This document shows, piece by piece, positions 38,501 through 53,072 of a stretch of 64,000 nt of DNA. The position numbers and the translations under genes were made by a program. Under the pieces are notes generated by a model. It had not been told where the DNA came from. It made no database searches and saw nothing but the letters and a program-made list of their open reading frames with translations. This stretch comes from Eledone cirrhosa (Eukaryota), in the NCBI GenBank assembly GCA_964016885.1, contig OZ024750.1, positions 22,382,001 through 22,446,000 on the forward strand. The letters run 5' to 3'. Positions within the stretch are counted from its first letter, which is position 1; the number at the start of each line of letters is the position of its first letter.

Positions 38501-41500
38501 TTCTCACACTTCTAGTTAAAATTAAACTGTGGCTATGTATTTGAACCAAGTGCCATACAATTTTGTGCCCGTAAAGTAGCTTCCATGGCAGGAGATATGA
38601 GGAAAGCTCTAGATATTTGCCGGAGAGGCATTGAACAGATGGAAACAGAGATCAGATTTCAACAAAAATCAGCATCAGGTAGTTTAATATTCTTAACACA
38701 CTCTACCACATGAAACCCTGACTGCATCAATCTACAATCTCTCTACTAGTAAAGATACTATAAACATTTGAATTAACAAATTAATATAGTTATTTTATTG
38801 AACCTGAAGATATGAATAGTTAACCAGTCAGGGAAGGCCGGTTTCATTTGGAGAAGATTAGGACAACATCTGCTTAGTATGGTGCCACTTGGGTCTAGTG
38901 CCTTCCCTCATCGCCTTGAGTTGACCAATGTATTTATTACTGATGAGAGAATCACTAATCAAATATACAAGATTGTACACTGATTAGTTAGGTAAAATAT
39001 AATTGTTTGGAGAAGGGTTTTTATTTATGGCTGTGTAGTTAAAGAATTGCTTCAAAACCATGTGGTTTTCAGTTCAGTCTCACTGTGTGGCTACTTGGGT
39101 GTTTTCTACTATAACATCAGGTTGATAAATTCCTTGGGAGTGAAATTTGATAAACAAAAACTAGAAACTTGTATCTTTATGTCTGAGTTTATGTCTCTTG
39201 AATTAACCTTTTCATGGACATATATCTAGTTAAATGCTCCTTATTTCAATTAATGAAGAATTTTGAGGGATTTATTAAAATTATCAATTATTTCATTACT
39301 AAGATAGTAACTTAATGTAAGGTTCTTACATAAAATTATGTTGGAAGATTTTAATTTAAATTGCAAATCTTTAAAATGGGTGATTTTATTTCATAGTATC
39401 AGAACTGGGTTGGTAACTAAAGGGTTAAGGGTTTGTTACAGAAATCAGCAAAATAAGTACTGGGATCAGTATGATCAATTAAATAAATACCTTGAAGGTG
39501 GGGTCCCAGCATTTTCTGTCTGAAGCCAGTAAAAGAATTAAAATTAAACAAATATTTTTCTTAAAGTAATTCTTGCTAAAATTAGATCTGAACTTTACCA
39601 ATGTTTTATCACATTCTGTTGTACAGGTTCCAAGAACACAAATGGAATAACAGAATGTAAGAAAATCACTATCTCCCATATTTCTAAAATTATGAATGAT
39701 GTTTACGGTTTACCAATAATAAATTCCACTGAGGAGACTAGTAGTGTTCCCATTCAACAAAAGATTGCTATATGTTCCATATTCTTAATAGTGAAACATG
39801 GCAAAGGGGCAAAAGAAGTTGAACTTGGAAATGTAAGTTGTTTTTATTTTATTATCAGTAATGCACTGGGTAATTGTTGGCCTTGTGTCAAAAGTAGAAA
39901 CAATTATTACTATGAGTTCAAATCCCACCAAGGTTAACTTTTCTTTTCATCCTTATGAGTTTGGTAAAATAAAGAACCAGTAAAGTGCTGGGGTCGATTT
40001 AATCGACTTTCCCCTCCCCCATAATTGCTAGCGTTGTGCTTAAAGTAGAAATCAGTATTATTGTTTCTTACTATTTAGTCTGAGATTTGTTGCATTGGGC
40101 CAATGTTTCAATACTGACCCCCCCCCCCCCTCACATTCTAGTAATTTATTGTATTTCTTTTGGGGAGTTACATCCCTTCATTAAAAAAGATAAATACAGA
40201 GGAAGAAATAAGGACAGGGATAAATTCTTGGCTGGGTGGTATATCTCAGGTGTGCCCTACAGATAAGATTGCTGTGGAGAACAGCCAGCAATATCTGCTG
40301 TATCAGCCAATTCATCTCTATACATTTGGCTGGGCTGTGTATTTTAGCTGCATTCTGTGAAGATTGTGCAAACATTGCTGAGAAGAGCTGGTGATACCAG
40401 TGACATCAGCCATTCCATCTCACTCAGGTGTCCTGTTGATTTATTATATGAGGGTTGTGGCCACATGGCAGCATTTCAATATATTGCCTGAGAGTTGATG
40501 GCATTATTCCAGTGTCTACCTGAGGTTTTTGGCATTGTGGTGCTGTAAAAGTATATGGACCCCTTTAGCATTTACATTACTCTATATATACTATTCATGG
40601 TAAAGGCTTTACCTCACATAGTATTGGATTTATGAGATTTTGATATTTATTTTGAGAACAATATCTTAACATCAGTATAAATGGCTGGTTACAGCCATTT
40701 GAACAGAAAGAGGTGAGAGATTCTGGCTGGATATGGCTGGTTTAAATGTTAAAGGGTTAAAGTGGGATATTAGTAGAGTAGTCGGGGTGTCGGACTAAAT
40801 ATCTAGGTAATTGTTACAGTTCATCGCACTCTGAAGTTAGGGTCAACTTTGATAAGGTCTTCTATTTTACATTATAGCCTCTTCTTCATTTCTTACTCTA
40901 TCATCTTTAGCCGCGTCTTTTTTGGTCTTCCCCTTCTACTCAGTCACAGTGGAATCAGAATAAATACAATATAATATTTTTTTTTTTTCTAGCTCTATAA
41001 TGTATTCAAGAAGGTGTGTAATCAATCAAATGTCACTGGTGTTTGTCAATCAGAATTCATAGGCATCTGCAGTCTGTTAGAATCGCAAGGAATCATAGGA
41101 ACAAAGAAAACCAAAGAATTAAGGAAAATGAAGGTATGTCCATTTTGTGTTTTTATTTCATTAACCCATTAGCATTTACATTATATATACTATTGTATTT
41201 TTATGGTAAAGGCTTTATCTAATATATAATGATTGGAGAAATGCGAGGCTGTGTCAGGGATATTTTTTCTGAACACGTTATTAAAATAAGCTGGATTACT
41301 TTGAATGAATCATGAATTAATATTATGTAATTTATCTACTAAATTTTGTAACTCTTAATCAAACATAAATATTCTTATATATAATGTATTGCTTATTTTA
41401 AGATTCACTTTTAAAATTTTCAAAAGTCTACAGTTCCGGTTGGCGTTCGTTATATCATAACACTTTGCTGTACGCTATATATTTGCATCGTTATATAACG

Positions 41501-41894
41501 TTTATATTTCCGTTGCTATACTCATTTTCGATAGAAATTTACATTAAGTTACTATCTTATCAATGGCATAATTAATAATTCTACTAAAGCCCTCAAAATT
41601 CTTCATTAATTAATTAAAAATAGAGCGTATTTCATTAGAAATGCAGTCATGAAAGGTAAACGAGAAATTTAAGCTATATTACTAAATCTTTCAAAATTAT
41701 TGATTATTTAAAAAAATTAGAAATATTGATAATGAGAGAGTTAAAGATGTAGAAAATAATTATGAAATACTCCATTAAATGTTGGTTTTTATTTTTAATT
41801 TCAGATCTCTCTACGTTTGAGTGAGCAAGATCTACAATGGACTTTCAAAGACAAAGCTTTACTATCAAATATTATGAAAATGCGTTTACCTTAA
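32415..41894 (+). CDS. CDC6: Cell division control protein 6 (AAA+ ATPase plus winged helix); join(32415-32505,33510-33788,34671-34873,35298-35464,36797-36903,37340-37479,38516-38678,39627-39832,40993-41133,41805-41894), 528 aa
   Basis: 1587-nt continuous spliced frame. Walker A YISGAPGTGKT, YLNCM, Walker B VLVLDEIDQL, sensor 1 GVANSLDLTDRILPRL, FPPYTKDQI, sensor 2 GDMRKALDICRR, C-terminal winged helix (SEFIGICSLLESQGII). Confidence 0.96.
33510..33788 (+). CDS. CDC6: CDC6 coding exon 2 (S/T-P-rich regulatory N-terminus)
   Basis: tttccag acceptor, GTTAGT donor; several CDK-type SP/TP sites. Confidence 0.85.
34671..34873 (+). CDS. CDC6: CDC6 coding exon 3 (Walker A)
   Basis: GSSMYISGAPGTGKT. 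Confidence 0.96.
35298..35464 (+). CDS. CDC6: CDC6 coding exon 4
   Basis: VSKSCKVVYLNCMT...; tag acceptor, GTAAGT donor. Confidence 0.93.
35988..36590. repeat. 51-bp minisatellite (about 12 copies) in a CDC6 intron
   Basis: Unit GGCACCAGCACTACCACCACTTTACAGAGTGGGCTGTGTGTATTTTATCAT. Confidence 0.95.
36797..36903 (+). CDS. CDC6: CDC6 coding exon 5 (Walker B)
   Basis: VLVLDEIDQLDNKHHDVLYEIFGWP; cag acceptor, GTGAGT donor. Confidence 0.96.
37340..37479 (+). CDS. CDC6: CDC6 coding exon 6 (sensor 1 / Arg finger)
   Basis: GVANSLDLTDRILPRLQARL...FPPYTKDQI. Confidence 0.96.
38516..38678 (+). CDS. CDC6: CDC6 coding exon 7 (sensor 2)
   Basis: AIQFCARKVASMAGDMRKALDICRRGIE. Confidence 0.96.
39627..39832 (+). 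CDS. CDC6: CDC6 coding exon 8
   Basis: ITISHISKIMNDVYG...VPIQQKIAICS; cag acceptor, GTAAGT donor. Confidence 0.93.
40561..40756. mobile_element. piggyBac-type MITE, family 1
   Basis: Colinear with 3483-3702; ends AAAGGG|TTAA. Confidence 0.75.
40993..41133 (+). CDS. CDC6: CDC6 coding exon 9 (winged helix)
   Basis: LYNVFKKVC...SEFIGICSLLESQGIIG. Confidence 0.93.
41805..41894 (+). CDS. CDC6: CDC6 last coding exon (ISLRLSEQDL...MRLP*)
   Basis: tttcag acceptor; TAA at 41892-41894; AATAAA at 41930-41935. Confidence 0.92.
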   Translation: MSLRLSEQDLQWTFKDKALLSNIMKMRLP

Positions 41895-41954
41895 ATACTG
41901 AAGAAAGTCCACCACTTTGTAAAATGTAAAATAAAAGCGTGTACTATAGTGTAA

Positions 41955-41985
<31 letters not shown>

Positions 41986-43323
41986 TCTTTATGCAACAGC
42001 AAGCGTTTTAAGGCTACTTTAACTGCTAAAGCAAAAGTTAGCCTTGCAGATCCTCTGAAAGTCTTCATGCTTATAATGGGGTTCTTGAAGTTTTGCTTTA
42101 TGGTTGGATACCAACCATTGTAGTCAGCTTTTCTGACATGCAGGGATATTGTAAATATTTTAACCTTTTCGTGACCAAATTTCTAATGAAATTATATATA
42201 TTTTAATTAATTAGTGAAAAATTTTGAGTGATTTTATTTCTAAGATAGTAACTTAACATATGGTTTTTATATAAAATTATACTGGAAGATTTAAATTTAG
42301 ATAGAAATATTTTAAAATTTGTTTAATAGAACCAGTCAATTTTGACTTGGTTGGTAACAAAGGTTACTATCCTGAATGAGGTTATTTTAATATATAGGTG
42401 CAGGCATGATTGTGGTTAAGAAGTTTGCTTCTCAACCATGTGGTTTCATGTTGGGTCTATCATGAGCTTGTTGAAGCATTCTTTTACAGCCAGATACCCT
42501 TTTTTTGTGTTAATTCTATTAGTTGCCCCTTACAACATGCAGGTATACAGTGTACCTGTTTTAAATCAGATTGACAGCTGATTTTTTCTTTATGTATTTA
42601 ACTCTATTGTTACCATATTTCTAATCAAATTATTTTTCGATTCAAGAATTTGGAGGGATTTCGTGATATAACTACATTTCACATTATTAAACTGGTGTTT
42701 GGAGCATAACTTAAAAGTTCATCATAAAATTATTGTAGGTTTTTAGAAGTACTGTAAAATGGTTGGGTTGGTGTCATGTGAAAAACACCCACTCCATGCT
42801 GTAAATGTGGTTGGTGTTAGGGTGTCCAACCGTAGAAGCCAAGCCAGAAACAGTCCTGTATGAGCAAGACATGGTTGTCTGATCAGACTTGTTTCATATT
42901 GGGACAACTCGTCTAACCCATGCTAGCATGGAAAAATGGATGTTAGACAGTGATGATGATAAACACTCTAAAAACATATTTTGTGTCAGAACCAGTGGCA
43001 GTTTCAGATGGTTTGGTTATAAAAGGGTTAAAAATGAAAATCTGATATCCTGCTAAATGAGATTATTTTAATATACAGAGCAGATATAGCTGTTTGGTAA
43101 CATTTGATTTGCTAACCACATAGTTTCAGGTTCAATCCCATTGTATGGCATATTTGGCAGGTATATTCTAGCCATGAGTTTGTTGGAAGTAAAATTTAGT
43201 ACACTGTACAGAGAAGTTTGTTGTATATTTGTATTTATGCCTATGTCACTTAAACTGTCGTTTGTTTATGTTCTGTGATAAATAAATAGATATTGATACT
43301 GGTGTTATGAATTGAAATACTAT

Positions 43324-43660
43324 GGAGGCACATAGCTTAGTGGTTAGAGCATCGGCCTTGCAATCGAAAGGTTGTGAGTTCAATTCTCAGACCAGGTGAT
43401 GTGTTGTTTCCTTGAGCAAGACCCTTTATTTCACATTGCTCCAGTTTACTCAGCTGTAGAAATGAGATGATAGGGACCCGAGTCCCTATCATCCCACTGC
43501 AAAGTGGTCGTGGAGGCGCCACGGCAAAAAGCACCCAGCACTCACTGTAAATGAGGTTGGTGTTAGGAAGGGCATCCAGCTGGAGAAATCGAGGTAGAAT
43601 CAGTCCCGTCCCACCCTTGCAAGCAGGGAAAAAGTGGGCGTAAAAATGATTATGATGATG
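43324..43660 (+). mobile_element. tRNA-derived SINE, family B, full length with (ATG)n tail
   Basis: A-box TAGCTTAGTGG, B-box GAGTTCAATTC, CCTTGAGCAAG central domain, 12-bp hairpin, (GAT)n tail; near-identical inverted copy at 8745-9081. Confidence 0.88.
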
Positions 43661-44735
43661 AACGGAGAAAAAACTGAATTTGTATTAAATATTTTGGTCC
43701 TTAATTTTATTTTTAAAATGGAAATATTTATACACAAATTTGGCCTATTGTCCTTGTATTGGTTGTTTTAACCATGTTTTGGCTATTGTATCCTCTGGTT
43801 GGTATCGGATTTGTAAATTTTCTGGGACGTTTAAATCAAACCCTAAAAGCAGCGTTATCTACGTCTGAAATATCCTCGTATTTGTTATTTATAATGTCGC
43901 TTGCTTGCACGGATAATGGATGTTTAATGATGGCGGAGGTTAGGGTGTTGGACTCAACGATCATGAAGTCATAGGTTCCATTCCTAGACTGGGTGTTTTG
44001 CCATTGACCAAAGTACCCTCTGGGCTCGAATAATCGCCCGCATATTAATTTTTCAGGGCTTGAAATGCGACTTGGAGCAAAACAAGGGCAATAACTTCTA
44101 TATAATGTAATTATTAATCGAATATTAGATGAGAGTTACTTCCCTTTGATTAATGCATAGCTATTCAGTCACTTTCTCCAATCGATATTTTGAACAATTC
44201 ATAGAACTAACGATTAGATTCTTACGATATCTATGTACCACTGTATTAGTCTTAGTTTTGGAAATTAACACGGATAAAACTAGTGGCCTATATTTGCTTT
44301 TATGATCTTCATCACAAGCCCCCTTCATTATTTTAATTTCACAGCGAGACTAAATACATATAGATATTGTTCCATATATTTATTCTGTGGAGACTGCAAG
44401 ACCGAATTCTTCAGAAGTTCGCTTCGCAATCATTAGGTTCAGAGTTCGATTCCATTAGGTGGCATCTTGGGCGAGTGTTATTTATCATAGCAGCATCGGG
44501 TCGATCCGTGTCTCGTAACTGACTTTGGGTAGACTGAAACTGTTTAGAAGCCTGTCGGATGCATTGTACCTGTCAGCCTTGTCAAACAATGAATTTTTCC
44601 GAAAAATTACTCCAAACTACACGTATGTGTAGAATGCTCAGCCACTTACGCGTTAATTTCATGAGCAGTCTGTTCCGTTGGTCGAAAAACTGGAATGGTA
44701 ATCGTCGAAACCAACGAAGGTGCATTATATTGAAT

Positions 44736-44962
44736 TGGGTAATTGCTGGCCTTGTGCCTAAAGTAGAAACAATTATATTGAATTGGCAGTATCGGTAGAG
44801 GGTCGGACGTCATGCTTTTCAACATAGTTACGTCCCTCTACGGTCTGAGTTCAAATCCCGTCGAGGTTAACTTTGCCTTTCATCCTTGCAGGGTCGATAA
44901 AATAAAGTACCAGTAATGTACTGGGCAATTGCTGGCCTTGTGCCAAAAGTAGAAACAATTAT
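44736..44962 (+). mobile_element. SINE family A (44785-44962) preceded by a duplicated 3' tail
   Basis: Same head, central domain and GGCCTTGTGCC.AAAGTAGAAACAATTA tail. Confidence 0.85.
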
Positions 44963-45039
44963 ATTCCATATAATTTATTCTCTAGCAGAGATACCCAGTG
45001 TTATATTACATCATGCAGTAATTTTGTTGTTTGTTTGTA

Positions 45040-45337
45040 GGACCTCCGTCGCTTCTGACGACGAGTGTTTCAGTTGTTCGAACAACAGGACAGCCTGCAC
45101 GTAAACTAAACATACAACTGGCTGATCATTCCACAGATACTTGTACTGTTCACGTAGTTCCCAGTGAGATTCAGCGTGACACAGGCAATGACAAAGCTGA
45201 CCCTTTAAATCACATGTACAACTGATTTGTTTTTTCAAGCTTAGTGGACTAGAACAACGCGAAATAAAGTATCTTGCTGAATGAAGGACTCAATGCGTTA
45301 CAAGAACCAAACACATTGACCACTAAACCATGCGTCA
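45040..45337 (-). mobile_element. SINE family D (longer body)
   Basis: Homologous copy at 50340-50640 (-); fragments at 44580-44720, 45840-45970, 63200-63255, 63690-63830. Confidence 0.75.
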
Positions 45338-47324
45338 TCAAAGCAAGGTTTAGATTTTGACACGCAATTAATTATTTCAATTAAGCAGTCATTACTACGC
45401 AGGGAAAATGCTTTGCGGTGTGTCCGGTACTTTGAACTCCCTGATCACTTTCAGCCGAGGGCGACATTGCCTTTCATCCTTTCGGGATCAATACAATGGA
45501 AGTAATTAGTCCAGGGCGGTGCTAGAGCGTTAGATGTGATGCCTTCCACCCTTTACATTCTTAGTTCCCAGGTAGTAAATTCAATCGTTACGTTTATGTA
45601 CCGTTACTTAGCGGTAAGTTCTAGGTTGATATGACCGAGTAAATCTTTTCAAGGTGGTGCTTTAGTATGGCCGCAGTCATGTATATCTAATCTAATCTGG
45701 CCGAGTTTACACTCGCAAATAAGAGGAACCAAGACCGCCCCTAGAAGCATTGGATATGGTATACTTCATATTTGTTTCGGCTGCTGAATACAATCGGGGG
45801 TCGCTGCTATATATATATATATATATATATATATGGAATGGGCCTCTGTTGGCTTTGCAGATGAGTGTTTTAGTTGTTCGATCAACGGAACAACCAGCCC
45901 GTGAAATTAATGTGCGATTGATTGGTGTCTTATCCAGGAGAGAGTCTTGAACTCTCAGTCGCTTAACACCATGCAAAAAAACCCAGCCTTATGAGCCGCT
46001 GGGCTCGAGATAGATTTTAGATATACACGGAAGAAAAACAAAACAAAACATAGCAAACAGCGATACAATAAATTTTTGCGAATATTTTAACTATTCAGCG
46101 CTATACCTACGTACGTAATTTGCCCCAAGTCATTCCTGAAGTGGATTTATTGCGACTGAGATTCAAAACCGTGATGCTACTATGACTAATCTAAGCTTAT
46201 CTCTGTTTTTCGCAACGGACGTCAATAGATTTATTTTAAATGTGGAATAATTTCCGTCAGATCAGAACCAACAACCTACGGAAGTGTAGCGTTTCATAAT
46301 AACCTCTTATACTTCATTTTTCTCCTGTGTGTCTGGAAGAAAGAGAGTAATATATATAATAGGGAGAAAGCGACTCAGCCCAACACATGAAAGATGATCA
46401 TATAATATACAGTATTAGCAAGGGATATATATATATATATATATATATTACAAGAGATCTAGTGATGAATGTGTTTGATTATAAGCTGTTAGCGAGATTC
46501 ATTCCACGTGATTGATACAATCTGCCGCTAAGATATTACATTAATGTGTTGACACAACACACTGAAACTTTCTACCGTCGTCACAAAATATGATGAGGTC
46601 CATATGTTTATAAATGTATCCTAAAAATAGCTTTAGTCTGTCTATAATAACTTATAAACTTATAAAGAATATGCCAACACTACCAGTCAACATGATCTCA
46701 TTGTATATAATAAATTATGTGAAGAAGTTAATGTTAATGTGACCTTTCTAGAAGATGTTTGACATAGGGCTGCCAGATTCGGTTGCATGTGGCGAATTAC
46801 ACTATGTTTCAGGATTATACCGACTGCTTTGTAAAATTTGGGATACTTTCTATCTTAAAATATTATTTTTTAAAAGTAACAATCCTATTGAATATTTTAT
46901 CAAATTAAAACTAAGCAAAGCAAAGCGGGCACATACACACACACACACACACACATTACACGACGTGCTTCTACAGTTTCCGTCTACCAAATTCCATCAT
47001 CAGGGCCAATAGATTAGATGTATGCAGGCCAGAATAGATGGGTGAGGTGGAGGTGGGGACAGGAGAACCAGTTGGTATGGACAATGGTTATAAAAGGATG
47101 GTGTCGGTGAAAGAGAAGGATAAGTTGTGTCACATCTCATTTGAAAGGCTGGAAGTGTAAGAGATAAAGTTAGAAAGATCAACAATATTGATTGATGAAT
47201 AAATAGGTTAGAACATTGCGGAAAGGTATTGAAGACCGTCTTAGGAAGGGATCAGAAAACCCGGATGAAAAACTAGGACGTGAGAACGCTGCTGCTATAT
47301 ATATTTATATATATTTATAAACGA

Positions 47325-47470
47325 TGAGCGCCTGCAGTTTCTGTCGACTAAATTTCACTCGCAAGATATTGGTTAACCCGAAGCTGTAGTAGAAGACACT
47401 TGCCCAAAGTGTCACGCAGCAAGATTGAATTTGAAACCACGATGTTGCGGAGCGGATTCCCTTATCTCAC
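47325..47470 (-). mobile_element. SINE family C body adjoining the 47.5-kb satellite
   Basis: CAGTTTCTGTCGACTAAATTTCACTCGCAAG...GAAGACACTTGCCCAA is the reverse complement of the family C consensus. Confidence 0.8.
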
Positions 47471-47471
47471 T

Positions 47472-48860
47472 GCCTAGCCTACATCTCTGCCAAAACCTAC
47501 ATGCATACCATGCCAACTTCTCTGTCAAAGCCTACATGTATACCATGCCTACGGCTATGCCAAGCTTACGCCTATGCTAAGCCTACGTCTATACCATGGC
47601 TACGTCTATGCCAAACCTACATGTATACCATGCCTACAGCTCTGCCAAAACCTACATGTATACCCTGCCTACTTCTCTGCCAAAACCTACATGTATACCC
47701 TGCCTACATCTCTGCCAAAACCTACATGTATACCCTGCCTACTTCTCTGCCAAAACCTACATGTATACCCTGCCTACTTCTCTGCCAAAACCTACATGTA
47801 TACCATGCCTACTTCTCTGCCAAGCTTAGGTGTACATCATGCCTACGTCTATATAATACCTACATGTATACCATGCCTACGTCTATGCCGATCCTACATG
47901 TATACCATGGCTACATCTCTGCCCAAGCCAACATGTATACCATGGCTACGTCTATGTTTAAACCTACATGCCTACGTCTATGCCAATCTTACGTGTATAC
48001 CATGCCTACATATATTCAAAGCTTACGTGTATGCCATGCCTACGTCTATACCATACCTACGTCTATGCCATGCTTAGGTGATACCGTGCCTACGTCTATG
48101 CCGTGTCTACGTCTATACCGTACCTACGTCTATGCCGTGCCTACATGTATACGTGTTTACGTATATACCGTGGCTACGTATATGCTGTGCCTACGTCTAT
48201 ACCGTGCCTACATGTATACGTGCTTACGTCTATACCGTGGCTACATGTATACGTGCCTACGTCTATACCGTGGCTACATGTATACGTGCCTACGTCTATA
48301 CCGTGGCTACATGTATACGTGCCTACGTCTATACCGTGGCTACATGTATACGTGCCTACGTCTATACCGTGGCTACATGTATACGTGCTTACGTCTATAC
48401 CGTGGCTACATCTATACCGTGCCTACTTCTATACCGTGCCTACGTCTATGCCGTGCCTACATGTATACGTGCCTACTTCTATACCGTGGCTACGTCTATA
48501 CCGTGCCTACGTCTATGCCGTGCCTACATGTATACGTACCTACGTCTATACCGTGGCTACATCTATACCGTGCCTACGTCTATGCCGTGCCTACATGTAT
48601 ACGTGCTTACGTATATACCGTGGCTACGTCTATGCTGTGCCTACGTCTATACCGTGCCTACGTCTATACCGTGGCTACATGTATACGTGCTTACGTCTAT
48701 ACCGTGGCTACGTCTATACCGTGCCTACTTCTATACCGTGCCTACGTCTATGCCGTGCCTACATGTATACCATGGCTACGTGTATACCATGCTTACATAT
48801 ATTCCAAGCTTACGTCCATGCCATGTCTACGTCTGTACCAAGCTTACGTGCATGCCATGC
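47472..48860. repeat. Complex satellite built from 16-18-bp monomers (TGCCTACGTCTATACCG-like) with 33-35-bp higher-order units
   Basis: Directly visible; explains the repetitive ORFs in all plus frames. Confidence 0.93.
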
Positions 48861-49352
48861 CTGCGCCCATTTCTATTAGAAAACCACATAAAACAAATTT
48901 GCGGTAGTGTGTATAAAATATATATTGTTGATGAGAGTTGTTTTTCATCCGTTAACCTCTGTGTGTTGCAGAAGGTAACACGATTCCACAAATTTTAAGG
49001 TTTTAAGAAGTTGATATCATATAACTCTCTCTGTAAAGACATCAATCTGTCTTGGGTGTTTGCATTGATGGGAGGATGTAAGCTCAGAACTACAAGCTAG
49101 GCTATCAAAACCCTTCTCAGGCGCCTACGGTGATTTTATCGCTAGACTATACATCCCCACCGAGGAAAGCAAGTAGCTTAGTTGTTATGGTGTTCAGCTC
49201 AGGATTATAAGACCGTGTGCTCTTTGATCAAACAACTCAGAGACTCATCGTCGAAACCGATAGAAGTCCAACATACGTCCTCTTAGTTCGTATTTAAGTG
49301 AAGCCTATCAACATGCCGAGTCGGCGAATTCGTAGAGTCGTTAGTGCACACA

Positions 49353-49444
<92 letters not shown>

Positions 49445-49448
<4 letters not shown>

Positions 49449-50040
49449 TGGCATGGGCCTGTTACCTGCTTTAGGTGGGGGTTGCATTTCACATGTACAC
49501 CTGTAGCCCCATATATAGATCATATGTATTTATCAGTAATTACTTAAATACTTAAAGAGAAATTTGAAATGAGATTTATATTTCACATCTGGCCTAGAGC
49601 TTATTTATAGCACTGGAGGATTATATTCTACATCTGCTTTAGGCTTATTACCTGACTGGGGGGCCTACATATGACTCTTATGTCTGTTACCTGCTCTAGG
49701 TGTGGATGGGTGGGGTTTAGATTTTATATCTGGCATGGGCCTTTTACCTGCTTGGGGGCCAGCATCTCGCACCTGGGCCTGTTACCTGCTCTAGCTATGG
49801 GTGGGTCTACACTTTATATCTGGCATGGTCCTTTTACCTGCTTGGGGGCCAGCATCTCGCACCTGGGCCTGTTACCTGCTCTAGGTATGGGTGGGTGGGT
49901 TGGTGGGTCTACATTTTATATCTGGCATGGGCCTTTTACTTGCTTGGGTGCCTATATTTCACACCTGGCCCAGACCAGTTACCTGCTTTAGGTAGGGCTG
50001 AAGGGTTTGCATTTCACATCTGGTCTGGGCTTGTAACTGG
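49445..50040. repeat. Imperfect ~90-bp tandem repeat with GGGCCTGTTACCTGCT sub-repeats
   Basis: Near-identical units start at about 49722, 49812 and 49913, with degenerate flanking copies. Confidence 0.8.
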
Positions 50041-50116
50041 TTTTGCATGAGTTTGGTGCTGTTAAGATATAAGACCACCAACCAGCATTAGTAGCTGACA
50101 GGCTTTGTAAGAGGAA

Positions 50117-50164
<48 letters not shown>

Positions 50165-50226
50165 AAGCAGGAGGGAACTGAATGTAAATGGAACGAAAAC
50201 ACGCACACGTACACACACAAACATGT

Positions 50227-50273
<47 letters not shown>

Positions 50274-50339
50274 TACACACACACACACACACACACAAAC
50301 ATAAACACACGCTCACAAAATACATACGAGAATGAGTTG

Positions 50340-50637
50340 GATCTCCGTCGGTTACCATGAGTGTTTCTCTTGATACGATCAAAGAAACAGCTTGATCGTG
50401 AAATTAACGTGCAAATGACTGAGCATTCCACAGACATATGCATGCATAACGTAGTTCTCAGGGAGATCCAGCTTGACACAATATATGACAAGGCTGTCCA
50501 CAACTCATTTATCCATCTGAATGGATTAGTGTAACGTGAAATAAAAAGTCTTGCTGAAGGACATTAGGCGCCGCCGTGAGTCGAACTTATGACCTTATCA
50601 TTGTAAACCGAACACACTAACACCTAAGCCACGCTTC

Positions 50638-50640
<3 letters not shown>
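50340..50640 (-). mobile_element. SINE family D
   Basis: Colinear with 45040-45337; tRNA-like head at the right end. Confidence 0.75.
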
Positions 50641-50700
<60 letters not shown>

Positions 50701-50759
50701 GACAAATAAAATACCAACGAGACGATGCTTATTAGATTACAAATATGAGTTATTTTCAC

Positions 50760-51390
50760 GTCGATCATCCTTTCATCTCTCTTTTCCCCCTTTCTTTTCT
50801 TTCTTTTCTCATCTCTTTCTCTCTTTCTTTTCTTTCTTTTCTCATCTCTTTCTCTCTTTCTTCTCTTTTTTTTCTCATCTCTTTCCCCCTTTCTTCTCTT
50901 TCTTTTCTCATCTCTTTCTCCCTTTCTTCTCTTTCTTTTCTCATATCTTTCCCCCTTTCTTCTCTTTCTCTCTTACTCTCTTTCTTTTCTCATCTCTTTC
51001 TCCCTTTCTTCTCTTTCTTTTCTCATCTCTTTCTCCCTTTCTTCTCTTTCTTTTCTCATCTCTTTCCCTCTTTCTTCTCTTTCTTTTCTCATCTCTTTCT
51101 CCCTTTCTTCTCTTTCTTTTCTCATCTCTTTCCCTCTTTCTTCTCTTTCTCTCTTACTCTCTTTCTTTTCTCCTCTCTTTCTCTCTTTCACCCTTTCATC
51201 TCTTTCTCTCTTTCTTTTCTCATCTCTTTCTCTCTTTCCCCCTTTCTTCTCTTTCTTTTCTTTCTTCTCTTTCTTTTCTCATCTCCTTCTCTCTTTCTTC
51301 TCTCTTTTTTTCCTTCTCATCTCCCCCCCCCTCAATCTACCCTCTCCTCACACTTTCCTCAAACTCTCCTCACTCTCTCTATCTCTCAAT
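50760..51390. repeat. ~630-bp polypyrimidine/polypurine tract with ~31-33-bp subunits
   Basis: Almost exclusively C/T on the + strand. Confidence 0.92.
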
Positions 51391-51544
51391 AAATAAGTAA
51401 ACACCAACACATCCTTTACTGCTAATAGTTAGTGAGATCGTGCAGCACCATTGGTTACTGATGGCTTTATAGTGGAAGGTCTAGGGTAGCGTGAAGGTGT
51501 GTGTGTGTGTGTGTGTGAAGGTGTGTGTGTGTGAACTTGATGCT

Positions 51545-53072
<1,528 letters not shown>

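Noticed and set aside
43324-43395. Possible tRNA gene
   Set aside because: A/B boxes are present but there is no proper acceptor stem; it continues into a SINE body found elsewhere in the window.
47501-48998. 468-, 306- and 258-aa Cys/Tyr-rich ORFs
   Set aside because: Overlapping ORFs in all three frames of a short-period satellite; no splice or domain support.
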